Of a DNA stretch of 64,000 nt, positions 1-11,930 are shown piece after piece (position 1 is the first letter of the stretch; the number at the start of each line of letters is the position of its first letter). The position numbers and the translations under genes are program-made. Below the pieces are notes generated by a model. The model had not been told where the DNA came from. It saw nothing but the letters and a program-made list of their open reading frames with translations, and ran no database searches. This stretch comes from Cyanophora paradoxa CCMP329 (Eukaryota > Plantae > Glaucophyta). The stretch is taken from contig QPMI01000593.1 in assembly GCA_004431415.1 (NCBI GenBank), positions 1-64,000 on the forward strand, given 5' to 3'.

Positions 1-3000
1 GGGTTTGAGCTTGGGCGCACGGTCAGGGTGCCCGGGAGACAGCGAGGGCCTCCGGGGCGAGCTTGGCCGGCTGCGCGCTCCACAGCCGCCCGCCCGGCGC
101 CGAGTGCAGGTGCCGCATCCCCGTCGCCAGCTGCGCGCGCGCAGGAGCGTCGTTAAAGGCGCAGCGGGGCGGGCGCGGGCGCGGGCGGACCATGCGGTGG
201 CGCTCGGATTCGGCCTCGGCCTCGAGCAGGCCGCCGGCCTCGCCGGCGAGGCCGGCGGGGGCGGTCGAGGGCCGCGCGGCGAGGGCGCCCTCGAGCAGCG
301 CCGAGGCGGAGGCGGAGGAGGCGACGACGGCGCCGGCGGCGGCCGCCATGTGGAGCGGGTGCGAGAGGATCCCGTGCCGCGGCGGCGAGGCCGGCGCCGA
401 GCGCGGCGGCGGCGACGGCGTGCGGGAGGAGGGCGACTCGGACCGCGGGCGCGGCGCCGGCGCCCAGCCGGCCTCGCCCTCGCCGCGCCGCAGCCGGACG
501 CCCGGCGTCGGGCCCGTCTGTACATGATCCCGGTCCCAGCCGCGCAGCGGGCCGCCCCGCGCGCGCGTGTAGCGCACGGCGGCGGCGGGCGGCGGCCGGA
601 CGCCCCACTGCGCCTCGGCGCGGCCGCCCCGCGCCGGCTGCGGCTGCGGCAGCGGGTCGCCAGGCCCGATTGCGGGGCGGAATCGCCGCCCCAGGCGGCG
701 ACCGAGCCGTGGCCCAGAGTCGACCGCTCGCTGTGCAGCAGCTCCGCAGCAAAGGCAGAGGCTGCGGCGACTGCGGCTGCGGCGGCTGCGGCGGCGGCGT
801 CGGCGGCGTCCGCGGCGGAGGCCGGCGCCGCGCCGTCGACGGAGGGAGGCGGGCGCGGACGACGCGGGGCCGCGCCCCCTCCGCCCCCCCTTCCCTTCGG
901 CCCCGCCATCCTCCGAGTCGGACGAGGCGCGGGGCGACTGGGACCGGAGCGAGCGTGCGGAGCGGGCGGAGCGGGCGGAGCGGGTGGAGCGGGCGGAGCG
1001 GGCCGTCCGCACCGACTCGTCGTGCGGCAGCGGCGCCATCCGCCGCACCGAGAGCGACGAGGGGACGGGCCGCTCGGGCGGCGGGGGGGACTCGCGATCG
1101 TCCTGCGGTTGCACCGGGCGCTGCTTGAGGGCCGAGCGGAGCGGGCGCGGCGGCGAGGGCGCCGCGGGGCGCGGCGCCTCCACCTCTGCCGGCAGCGCGA
1201 GGGCTTGGGCGAGCCCGGGGATTTGGGCGACGCGGGCTCTCCGGGCGCGGGCTCGGCGGGCGCCGCCGGATCGGGCGCGGGCGCGGGGACGCGGGGAGGG
1301 ACGGGGCGGAGGCGGCGCGGAAGAGGGGCGGGTCGGGCCGATGCTGCCGCCTGGCGAGGAGGGCGGCGAGGGGGCCGGGGAGGCGCCGGCCGGCGGCGGC
1401 GGGCACGACCGCGACGTCCACCGCGGGGGCGGGGGCCGGGCCACGGGCACAGCCGCCGCGGGCTTTGCGGCGGGCGGCCGGCGGCGGTGGCGTCGGCCGT
1501 CGAGGGGCGGGAGGGGAGGGCGGGGGTGACCGGGGCGGGGCGGGCGGGGCGGGACGGGAAGGGCCCGCGGTCGGCGGCGGCGGCGGTGAGCGTCTCCCTG
1601 CGGGGCGCCCCGCCGCGTGGCCGGAGGGGCCCGAGGGACCAGTCGGGGGCGCTGAGGGGGCGGCTCCCGGCCACGTTGGGCGAGGCCAGGGCCACGTAGG
1701 CCTGGATGGGCGCCCCCGGGTTCGAGCTCGCCGCCAGCCGCGCCGGCCGGTCGTTCCCGCGCGGCGCCGACGCGACGCGCGGCGCGGGGGCCGGCTGCGG
1801 CGCGGGAGGCGGAGGCAGGCCGCGCATGAGGGGAGCAGAGAAGGAGGGAGAGGCCGGGAGGCGCGGCCGGGCGGGCGCCGGCGGGGCGGCCGGCGGGAGG
1901 GAGGCCTCCGAGGCAGAGGCGCCCAGCAGGGCGGCGGTCTGAGGCTCGGCTGATGGACCTCGAGGAGCGGGCTGCAGGGCGGTGGGCTCCGGCACGGGTT
2001 CCGTGGCGGGTTCCGGGGCGGCCGGCTCCGGAGATGGCTGCGGGGCCTCAGGAGAGGGGGAAGGGCTCGGCGGGGTGGCGGAGCGGGGGGAATCGGGCTC
2101 GCTCGCCCCTTCCGCCGGGGCGGCGGCTCCGGCCTCGGGTTCAACCTCCGCTTCGGGTTTCGCATCCTCCGGCTCGGGCGGGGCGGCCGCCTCCGAAGGC
2201 TGAGCGAGGGACAGGGAGGGGGCGGGCGGCTCGGCGGGAGCGGGAACGGGAGTTGGAGCCGCGGCGGGGCCGGAAGATGCGGGGCGCGACGAGCCGGCGG
2301 AGGAGCCGGCGGCGCTGCTGCCGGCGCGGGTGGGCCCGGCGGAGGGCGGCCGGAGGCCCCGCCCCTTCGCCTTGCGCTCCGCGGGGCCCGTCACGAGAGC
2401 CCGCACCGCACCAGCCGAGGGCGGCCTGGCGGACGAACGGTCACCTCAGAAAGGGAGGGGGAGGAAGGGGGGTACCGGCTGGTCGTGGACCACCCCGAGG
2501 CGACGCTGGAGGCGACGGAGGCGCGCCGGCGGGGCTCCAGAGGCCGGCGCGGGGGCGAGGGGGCCCCGGCGCCGTCCGACGCCCGCCGACCACCCAGCTG
2601 AACGAGCGCGGGAGCGAGGATGAGAAAAGGGCTGGGGACAAGAAGCGCCGGGGGCGAGGAGGGTACCGGGGGCGCGTCGGCGTCGGATTCCTGCGAGGCG
2701 TACCCCTCCTCCTCCTCCTCGTCGTCGCCCCAGGCGGCGGGGTCGATATCGGAGGCGGAGGTGGAGGCGGCGTCCTCGTCCTGGTCCTGGGCGCGGGGCG
2801 GCAGCTCCAGCGGGCCCGGGGCCGGCGGCGCCTCCGGCGTCGAGAGGAGCATCACGGGCGTCGTCGGGAGGACGGCGGTCGACGCGTTGGAGACGCGGCG
2901 CGGGGCGCCGCCGGCGCCGGCGGCGGCCCCGCGGGAGGCGCCCGACGCGGCTCGGGAGGCGGCGGAGGTGGGGCGGGAGGCGGCGGAGACGGCCGAGGCC

Positions 3001-5950
3001 GGGCGCAGGAGGAGGGCGGACGTGGATGCCTCGCGCTGCTCGAGGCGCGGCGCCGCGGCGCCGCCCATCGACACGACGGCGAGCGTGCTGCGGCGCTGGC
3101 CGGCAGCCGCGGCGCCCTGTGCCGAGGGCGGGCGGGGAAAGGCGGCGGCGGCGGAGCCCGGGCGGGGTCGGGCGGGGGAGCCGGCGGTCGGGAGCTCGGA
3201 CTGGCCCATGGAGGCGTGCGGGCGGCGGACGAGGTCCAGGAAGGAGCGCTGCACCGCCTCTGGGGTGATGAGGTTGGGCACGGGCGGCGGCAGCTCGAAG
3301 AGGCCGAGCTTCCCTACGCCCTTGGGCGGCGCGAAGGTCCCGACAAAGTGGGAGGGCAAGGGCGACGAGGGCGCGCGGGAGGCGGCCGAGGAGGGGCGCA
3401 GCGAGGAGCCCGAGGAGGGCCGCTCCAGTGCCCCCGCGCCCCCGGGCCGCCGAGAAGTCCCTAAGAGAAAGAAAGGTTTTAAAGTGAGCTTTTCTTATAG
3501 AAAGAAAGCGATTCATTCAATTAACCGCTCCCGGGCCGCCGCCGCTTCGGCGACTCGTCCGTCCCGCTCGACCGCTCCCCCGAGAAGTCCCTAACAGAAA
3601 GAAAGGTTTAAAAGTGAGCTTTCCTTATAGAAAGAAAGCGATTTATTCAATCAACCGCACCCGAAGTTGACGAAGTTGGTGCCGGAGCGCTGCTCGACGC
3701 GGCGGGCGACGCGGCGCTTGGCGAGGAGCGCCGCGATGTGGCCCGCCACCGGGTCGTCCAGGATCTGCGGCAGGCCTGCACGCCCGCCACCGAAAGATCC
3801 GGCGTCAGCGAGAAGCGGAGCGCGGCGTACAGGAGGGCCGAGGGCCCGGGCAGTAAGCAAGAACACCGGCGCCTCTCTGACGCAGAGCGCTCCTAAGGGC
3901 CGCCGCGGAGCGCCCCTCTCCGGCGGCGGCGCCTTTCCCTCCTCTCCCTCCCCCCCTCGGACTCGGCGCACCGGAGCCGATGCTCCTGATCTCGCGTATG
4001 AGCTGCCAGCCCGACGTCATCCGCTTCATCTCCGCCGTCGACGGCCGCTGCTCCGGTGGGGAATCAGGTGAGGAGAGAGGGGGGGGTGGGGGGGAGGGGC
4101 GCGCGCGCCTTGGGCTCGGGAGGGCGCGTGGGCGGCGCCGGGCGCGTCCATTTGGGGGGCAGCGGGGGCACGTCGGGGCGCTCCTTCGAGGGCCGCGGCG
4201 GCAGCTGCGCGCCCGGCGGTCAAAGAGGAAAGGGAGAAGGGCGGGCGGGGGGCGGGGCGTGCGATGGGGTTGTCGGGGGTGGGGCCCGCGGCTTGGGCTT
4301 GGGCTTGGGCGGGGAGGGCGGGGCCTGGGGCCCTGGCCCCAGCTGCTGGGCCGAGGGCGGGCGCGAGGGCGTCCGCGAGGGCGGGCGCGAGCCGCCGCGA
4401 GAGGCCGCCCCGCCCGCCCCTCCCGCCCGAGGCCCGAGCGCCCCGTGGGGCCCCGCTGGACCCCCGCGAAGAGGCCGGCGCCGCCGCCCGCCGCGCCGCG
4501 TGCCCGCCCGCCAGCCCGCCCGCCGTGATGTCTGCCCCCCCGCCCGCCCGCCCGCCCCGTCAGACGCTGCCGCCCCGCGGGGTACCGCTCCCTTCCTCGT
4601 CCGGGGGGTACGCACCCTCCTCGCGGGCGAGGACGTACTTTCCGTTCTCGTCCATCACCGCCAGGCAGCCCCGAAGCTGCGCCCCGGGGGCTCAGGGGGG
4701 TACGCCACGTCGCGGAAGAGCGGGGTACCGCGCGCCTGCATGAGGAAGGCGATGTACGCGTCCGCGCTGATCTCGTCCGTCCACGTGTCTGCGGGGCGGG
4801 CGAGGGGGGTACAGCTGGTAAGCGGCGAGCGGCGGCGGATGGGTACAGGTGGAGGGGGCGCGCCGGCGAGCTGGAAGAGGGAGAGGAGGAACCGCTCGCG
4901 ATCCACGTAGTCCTTCCCCTTCCGGTCCATCTCCCTGGGGAGGGGAGGGGGGGGGGGGGCAGGGTAAGACACTGCCGAGTTCATAGCGTGGTACCCCGGG
5001 GGCACGCACCAGTCCTCGCGGAGGGCCTTCATCGCCTTCTTCCGGTCGAACTTGCGGTGGCACGCCTGCGGGGGGTACAGCGAGAGGCGGTCGTCAGGGC
5101 AACCTCTAACGAACCCCTCCCCCTCCAGCCGAGTGGGACGGGGCGGGGGGGGGTGGGTACGCGCCTTGTAGAGACCGATGTGGAAGGCCGAGTACTCGTG
5201 GAAGGACATCGCTGCGGACCCGTCCGAGTCCGCGATCTCCCACAGCTGCCCGAGGGCTCAGCAGGGCGAGTTCGGAGGGCGGGGGAGGGGGAAGAAGGGG
5301 GTAGAGGACCTGGATGAGGACCTTGCGGACGCGCGGGTGGAACCGGAGCGTCTCGCGCTGCGCGCGCGGGGCTTGGGCGGGGCGGGGCAGGGCGGGGCGG
5401 GGCGGGGCAGGGCGGGCGGGGCGGGGCGGGGCGGGGCGGGGCGGGGCGGGCGGGGACGGGGCGGGGGCGGGGCGGGGCGGACCCGCAGGAGGTTCGTGTC
5501 GTGGTACACGGACTCCGGGTTCTCGCGATCCTCCCGCGGGATCTTGTCCGCACCGAAGAACTGCCGAGGGAGGGAGGGAGGGAGCTCAGCGCGGGCGAAA
5601 CGGGAGGGCGCGCGCGCCCAGCCCCGCCCGGCCCGAGCGGCGAAGGCGGAGGATCCGGCGCGCCTTCCTCACGTCCCGAAGGAGCGTGATCTTCTCTCCC
5701 CGCCACTTGCACACCACGATGCTCCGCGACCGCCGCCGGGGCGGCCTGCCGCGGGGCGTCAACGTCGGCGCGGCCGGTACGGGGCGGCACGGACGCACGG
5801 CCGGTCCACGGTCGATAGCTCGCGCAGGCATCCCACGCTGTGCCGCCTGGCTCCTGGAGCCAGGTTCCCCGGCGCGTTCCTGGAGAACTTCGGCCGGCCA
5901 GGCGGCCGCGCGGGCCGCTCGCTTGCCGGAGCCTCCGCCTTGCCTTCCAT
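1..5950 (-). CDS. Multi-exon EF-hand protein with a long low-complexity S/P/A/R-rich C-terminus; the 3' end runs off the window
   Basis: ATG at 5950. Spliced exons read RETLRFHPRVRKVLIQ|LWEIADSDGSAAMSFHEYSAFHIGLYK|ACHRKFDRKKAMKALREDW|EMDRKGKDYVDRERFLLSLFQLA|DTWTDEISADAYIAFL, which includes a canonical DxDGS..EY EF-hand loop. Later exons at 3661-3765, 2700-3460, 1570-2200 and 50-1460 are low complexity. Internal boundaries are approximate. Confidence 0.7.
3451..3660 (-). repeat. Two near-identical adjacent AT-rich introns (3461-3525 and 3591-3655/3660), 130 bp period
   Basis: Both read cgagaagtcccta(a)[g/c]agaaagaaaggttt[t/a]aaagtgagcttt[t/c]cttatagaaagaaagcgatt[c/t]attcaat[t/c]aaccgc on the + strand. 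Confidence 0.9.
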
Positions 5951-6142
5951 CTGGCGTAGCTAAGGATGGGCAGCCGAACGGCGCGCTAGCTACTCGCTGG
6001 CACAGCGGCTTCCTGAACGCTGTGCCGGTGCCGCGGGAGCGAAAGTCGGCCAGCAGGCTGTTTCGTTCTGGGGTAGGCTATTTGTCAAGCCAGCGTCGAG
6101 CATGTCAAGCCTCAAGCTTCAAGCTCAAGCCCCGACTCCGGG

Positions 6143-6149
6143 TATAAAA
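6143..6149 (+). promoter_or_regulatory. TATA box (TATAAAA) in a ~230 bp divergent promoter region
   Basis: TATAAAA lies 34 nt upstream of the ATG at 6177. The divergent gene's ATG is at 5950. Confidence 0.45.
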
Positions 6150-6176
6150 GCGTCAGATACGCGGCAGTTTCAAGCG

Positions 6177-7716
6177 ATGACAAAGCACAAGCACGGGCTC
6201 GCACACAGCGCGGCAGTGCATAGGGCGGCCCATCCGAAGGAGCGGAAGTGCCCAGGCGCCGCCCCATCCGACAACTCCAGCATTCCCCATCTCCTGCTCC
6301 CGGCCCGCGAGTCTCCCGGCGAGCTCTTCATCTCTAGGCTCGGCGCTGGCGTAGCTGGCTTCGCATTAGGCGGGCCGGTCGGCGCCGCAGCCGGGGTCCT
6401 TGGCGTGCACACTATTGACGCGGCGATCTCCGCCGAGCGCGGGCACGGGTGCGCCGCCCGCAGCAGGCGATCATTCAGTTCTGGGGGCGCCTCGCGACTG
6501 ACTGCCGGCCCCGCGCGCAGCGGGATCGTGCACAACAAGAGCCTCGATGACGTGCGGGCTCACGAGCCCATCCGGCGAGTGGCGCTGTGGTCCGCGCCGC
6601 TGATGGTTAGCTCGTCGCGGGCGCTGGTGCGCTCCCGCCGCTCTCCGCGCGCGCGCTGGGCGGCCTGGGCCTAATCAAAGCCCGGCCCCCACATCGAACC
6701 CACATCCCCGCGCGCGCGCGCGCCGAAGCCCGCTGACCCATGCTCTGGGCTCTGCGCAGAACCCGCTGATAGACGCTGTAAACGGCGTGCTGGGCGTCTC
6801 GCACCTGGTCGGCGGCGACATCGTCGTGCCCAAGCCCGAGCACCAGTGCGCTCCGGCCCCTCGCCCGAGCCCGCCGCCCCTGGGGCCTCCGGAGCGCGCC
6901 ATCGACCCTCCGGCAGGTTCATCACGGTAGAGACCCACGACCACACGTTCTACGTCCTGCAGAAGTGCTTTGCTTCTCTCTCTCGCCGCTCGGCCGCGGA
7001 GCGCGCGCGCCTGATCCGCAAGCGCGCCCCCAGGTGCCACACGGGCGACATCCGGTTCGTGAGGAAGCCGACGCTCGCGGCGGCGATCAGCGAGGGCGTC
7101 GCATGGGGCGGCTCCCGCGCCCAGGCCGAGTCCGCCGTCCTCGAGGAGGAGCTCTCCGTACCCCCCCAGAACCAGGTACCCCTGGCCGAGGTCTCGGACT
7201 GGGTGCACACGCAGGAGCCCGTCTACGTCCTCAAGTACGCCAACTGCCAGCACTTCGCGCACGGTACCCCCCCCCCGCACCGTGACGTCACGCGCGCCTC
7301 ACCCCCCCTTCCCTCCTCCCCCTCTCTCAGGCCTTATGGGCTTCCTCTGCAAGCGGACGGGCCGCCCGGAGCCTCGGGCTCGGAAGCCGGCCCTCTCCCC
7401 CATCTTCGACGTCACGCCCGGCTCCTCCCCGGCGCCCTCGTCCAACAACGGCTCCCCCGCGCCGCTCCGCTTCGTTCCCATCGACTCCGCCTCTCGGTCC
7501 CGCGCCGGATCCCCTTCCTGTTCCTCCCCCGTCTTCGCCCGCCCCTCCCCGCGCTCCCGCCACGCATCGCCGTACCCCTGCCCGCCCCCCTCCCCGGGGC
7601 GCCCCCTGGCCACCCCCGCGCCGGCGGCCTCCCTCTGTCCGCCCGAGGTCGCCCCCAGCTGCGGCCTCTCGTTCTCAGGCGAGGCCGCCCTGCAGCTGCA
7701 GCTCCCGAGCGCCTGA
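6177..7716 (+). CDS. Permuted papain-fold (PPPDE/LRAT-like) cysteine peptidase/amidase with a glycine-zipper-like segment; multi-exon
   Basis: Spliced exons give LGAGVAGFALGGPVGAAAGVLGV ... PKPEH|QFITVETHDHTFYVLQK ... VYVLKYANCQHFAH. This places His before the Y-x-L-x3-NCxHFA Cys motif (Cys codon 7245-7247). An S/P-rich tail runs to TGA at 7716. Confidence 0.65.
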
Positions 7717-9126
7717 CGGGTCCGTGGAGGGCGAGCTTCGCCCCCCCACGCAGCGGCTCGGGAGCCAGCATTTCATTATCAAGAGTGCTATAATTTCTTG
7801 ATGTATTCTATTAGTTTCTTTAGTCCTATGATTTCCCTCTCTTCGATGTAGCAGCCTTTTTGAGTTCGCCAGTTTTGCACGAGTATTTATGCAGGCGCCT
7901 GCAGGAGGGTATTTGGTAGTGGGTCTAGTGAGTATGTTGGTTTTCGCGGTATGGGGAGTGGCGTATTGGGTTTGCTTCTTTTTTTATCCTTGGGTACGGC
8001 GGTTATAGCAAAGCATGCAGTTTTTCGCAGTGCGCATAGTCCGTTTGATTTGCAGCTTTATATTAGCTATAGGCCGCGCCGTCGATCAGGTCCGCCTGCG
8101 CTTGAAACGATGATGAGTTTTCTCTATTGGCATCGAACGCTTTTTTCCGATGTACCGCTGTGATGTACTTGCTGTGCTTCTTTGAATGCGCATGCCTTGT
8201 GATGTCAGCGCCTGCTCGCCGTGCTGCCAGCTGCAGCGCCTGCTTGCCCCCGGGGATGTACCCCCTCGCCCCGGCCTCATGCATATCATAGTATGCACCC
8301 TGTCCTTTACCCCCTCATACCCCGGCCCTGTACCCCCTCCGACTTAGCGGCGCATTCGCATGCGCATGGCCATGGTAACCCCTCACGGCTATTGTACTCT
8401 TTACGTAATTATTTGCACTGTCGGCGGAATAGTCAGCTAGCGCTGAATTTTCGAATGTATCGATCCACTTGCAACTCTTACAATTATGCTGCAGCGGCGG
8501 GTGCGCATGCAGCGCTAGCTGTCGCGTCTGTGCTCGTGCCAGATCTTGAGATCGATTGCGAGCTCGAGGGGTCCAGCTCTAATTATATATAACCCAAAGC
8601 TTTGCACACGCGTTACCTCTGCAATCGTCTTTGGAATGTTGTTCCAACCTAGTTGAACCTACTAGTGCATCGACGGAATCCTACAGCATGACAAAATTAG
8701 AACGCCATTGAGACGGCGGCGAACGCAAAGCTTCGAATTCAAATACAGGGCTTGACTTTATATTGGATTCAAAATCAGTTAAAAAACACAAAGATACTGC
8801 AGTCTGCAGTACCTGGAATAGAAAGCGGATGTGCTCGAAGACACTGTGACATTGTGACAACAGCTGGGTTCTCGACTTCGCTGCTCTAGATCTTGCGATC
8901 GCTTGCGATGCGCCGTACTGGAGAGCGAGAAATATTTAGTGGGCTGCATATTTATAGTACTAAACATTTTTGGGCGATCTACTAAATATTTCCCGCCTGC
9001 TAAAGCCGAGAATTCTTAGGGGTAGTCCCGTCTCCGCCATTCAAAAGCCCTGCGAAGACTGACCTACTAAAGATTTACCAGCTGCTAAAGTGGAAGTTTT
9101 GGCAAAGTACTAATTATTTTCCTGTA

Positions 9127-10326
9127 CTAACTAACATCGATGAAGCATCTGATGGAGGTGACGGCAAAACAACTGAGGGTAAACTAAGTTGAGGTGAAGC
9201 GAAGATTGATACAAGACTATCATGAATCAAAGGGGGCCATGCAGGAACCGGCGGGCGAGGTGGATCTGGCGGGACAGCCAGAGGGGAAGCCGAAGGTACA
9301 GGAGAGGAAAGCCGCAGGCGCCGGAGACTGGAGGCGGGGGCGCTGGGCAGGAGGCACAGGATCTGGAGGATTCTCTGAACTAGAGGGGGTTCGAGGTCGG
9401 CGAACGCCACGGGCGTTAGCAGGATGTTTATCAGCCCGAACATGACGGTCACGATCAGCAGAAGACTGAAAGTTCTTCCCACAAATAGGGCATATTAATG
9501 TGGAGGCAGAAGCGGCGCTAGCGCTAGCATCGGCAGACGAGCTCAAACGAGAACTCGAGGGAGCCGGGACCGAAGCTGTATCAGCGCTAGCAGATGGCCT
9601 CGCAATGTGCTGAACTTGAGGATTCACGCCGACGCCATTAACTGTAGTAGCAGGCCTAGGGGTAGCGACTGCAGGGGGGCCCGGGACCGCGACTGCTGGG
9701 GGGCCCGAGCGCTGTAGAGGGATAGCTCCGCGCACAGAAAAGAAGCTCGCATCAAAAATAGATTGAGGGGGGCTAGGGCGGTCACGTGACTCAGGGTTTG
9801 AACCATCGTAATCAGAGCCCTCCCCTAAATGCCGTAAACGAAGAAGCTCAATGCGCTCGACAGCAGGAGGCAACGTAATCTCGAGAATATCCAGAATTAA
9901 CTAGTTCTGCAGCTGCGGCTACATATGCCGAGCCCCGTCAGCCTGTTCCGACTTTGCGACGGATTCGCTCCCCTGCACCCTCACCGTCGCCACCTGCTCA
10001 GCGGCTCCGTACTTCCCTGCCCCCCCCTAGTCCTTCTCTGATACCTTCCGTTTCACGAATCCGCCGCCCCCGGTCTCCGTCGAATTCAACCTTGCCTCCC
10101 GATGCCGATCCGTCCCTGTCCATGTGTCTCGGCGCCTGCGGCTTTCCTCTCCTGTACCTTCGGCTTCCCCTCTGGCTGTCCCGCCAGATCCACCTCGCCC
10201 GCCGGTTCCTGCATGGCCCCCTTTGATTCATGATAGTCTTGTATCAATCTTCGCTTCACCTCAACTTAGTTTACCCTCAGTTGTTTTGCCGTCACCTCCA
10301 TCAGATGCTTCATCGATGTTAGTTAG
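9127..10326. repeat. 197 bp inverted repeat: 9127-9323 vs 10130-10326
   Basis: The two arms are reverse complements, apparently identical by eye (cggcgcctgcggctttcc...cgatgttagttag). Confidence 0.9.
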
Positions 10327-11203
10327 GAGCACTGGCCCCCTCCACCTTCCAGTTCCTCGTGTATTCCATGCCTTCCCTGTACCTTTGATTCCGTTCCCTT
10401 TGTCGTTAGCTCTGCCTCTTCCTCCTCCATCTCTCACTGTTAGCCCTCAGGCAGTTCCGCCTCTTTATCTTCAGCGACCGTCAGACCGTATAGTTTTTGG
10501 CAGCGAGTATTTTGTGTATGGTGACGTTCCTCGTGTGTACCCTTCTCTCTCTTCTACTTCGCTATATTTGCCTCTCCCGCCTGGTTCAGCCCCATCGTCT
10601 GCCTTCCCTGTCACTACTGGCTTGCGTTTCGCCCCTCCTCTTATACTGCCGATTCCGAGTCTGCACCCGAGCTCTGCCCCTTTCCTCGTGTCGTCCCCAG
10701 TTCCTCAGATTAGTCTTCAGCCGTCCATTGTTTTACCAACTCTACAATCTCGATTCCGTTTAGACACTCCGCCAGCTTCGACTTTCCCCTCTAGTGGTGT
10801 CCTACGTTTCGCCTCTCCTACTGTTCTACCGCCTTTGCCTCCTGCGACTACGTCTTCTAGTTCTGCTGTTAGCTCTGTCTTGTCGTCTTCGTCTAGATCT
10901 TCGTCTTCGACTGTAGTTCCTCGTGCTCGTTCTCCTTATTTGCTGCGTCCCCGTGCTCCTCGTCGTTCTAGTGTGACTAGTACTTCTGCATCGACGCCCT
11001 TGAGCTCTTCTACTCCTTCTCCTCGTGCTCGTTCTCCTTATCTTTTGCGTTCTTCTGATCGTGTCCTTTCTCGTGATCCCTCTTGATTCTGTATATATTT
11101 TGTGCTAGTTTACTGTATCTTTGATTTGTGATTGCTTTGTTGTCTTTAATATCACTACCTACGGGGGGTTCGCCCCACCGTAGTCTCTCAAAAAAAATAA
11201 AAA
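9127..11203 (+). mobile_element. 5'-truncated non-LTR retrotransposon (LINE) remnant with an inverted 5' segment, 3' hairpin and A-tail
   Basis: Intronless, with a pyrimidine-rich sense strand. The inverted part (-, ~9900-9127) encodes LPPAVERIELLRLRHLG, resembling the post-RT RLRxxGH motif, and a C2H2 finger CPICGKNFQSSADRDRHVRADKH. The + part has ORF 10124-11086, then a 3' UTR, a hairpin at 11159-11183 and an A-rich tail at 11190-11203. No RT core is present and no TSD was seen. Confidence 0.6.
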
Positions 11204-11205
11204 TT

Positions 11206-11355
11206 AATGGCCAACTTATAATTAAGCTTGCAACTTAATTGCAATTGCGCATGCAAGCCTTGAAGTTGCAACTTGCAACTCTAGATTTTAAAACTTGAAG
11301 TGCATTTTTCAAGTTTTAAGAGTTGCAATTGCAACTTGCATGCAAGTTGGCCATT
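11206..11355. mobile_element. 150 bp MITE-like/foldback element
   Basis: 12 bp terminal inverted repeats AATGGCCAACTT / AAGTTGGCCATT. The AT-rich interior is full of (TT)GCAAC(TT) units in both orientations. No clear TSD. Confidence 0.45.
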
Positions 11356-11530
11356 TGGGCGGACTAGTAAGCGCGGACTACTAATAGGCATACTAGTAGC
11401 CTACTAGTAGGTTCTGGCGACGGTCCGGCGTACCGCAGGCTCCCGGAGTCCGCAGCTACTAGCGAATCATAGTAGCGATCGCGATCGCGAGCTACTACCG
11501 TAGTACTATACTCATGATCAGCCTCAGGGG

Positions 11531-11689
11531 CCGTCAGGGCCTGTGCCCTGTGGGCCACTGGGGCCAGTGGCCCAGCTGCAGCCTGCAGGCTGCAGCCTGC
11601 CAGGGCCTGCAGCCTGCAGGCTGCAGCCTGCGCGCAGCCTGTGCGCAGCCCTGGCAGCCTGCAGGCTGCAGGCTGCACAGGCTGCAGCT
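11531..11689. repeat. CTGCAG/GCCTGCAGGC palindromic short-unit array
   Basis: Many overlapping gcctgcaggctgcagcct units. Confidence 0.7.
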
Positions 11690-11930
11690 TCTCAACCGTG
11701 GCAACGCGTACGTGGTAAGTTGCTGGTAACGTTAACGCGTACTACTGAGTAGTACGCGTAATGGTATGGTACGTTACCGTAGTACCGGCAGCTGCTCCGC
11801 CGACCCGGTGACCGTCGGTTGCGATATCATGATCAGCAGCTGCCCGCCCGGCGGCCAGGCTGCAGCTGCGATACACGCGGGCGATCCGTGCACAGCCGCT
11901 GAGCTGCAGCGACGTCGACACACGCGGGCG

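Noticed and set aside
8925-9125. Repeated ACTAAA-N-ATTT motifs resembling transposon subterminal repeats
   Set aside because: No matching TIR or opposite end was found in the window.
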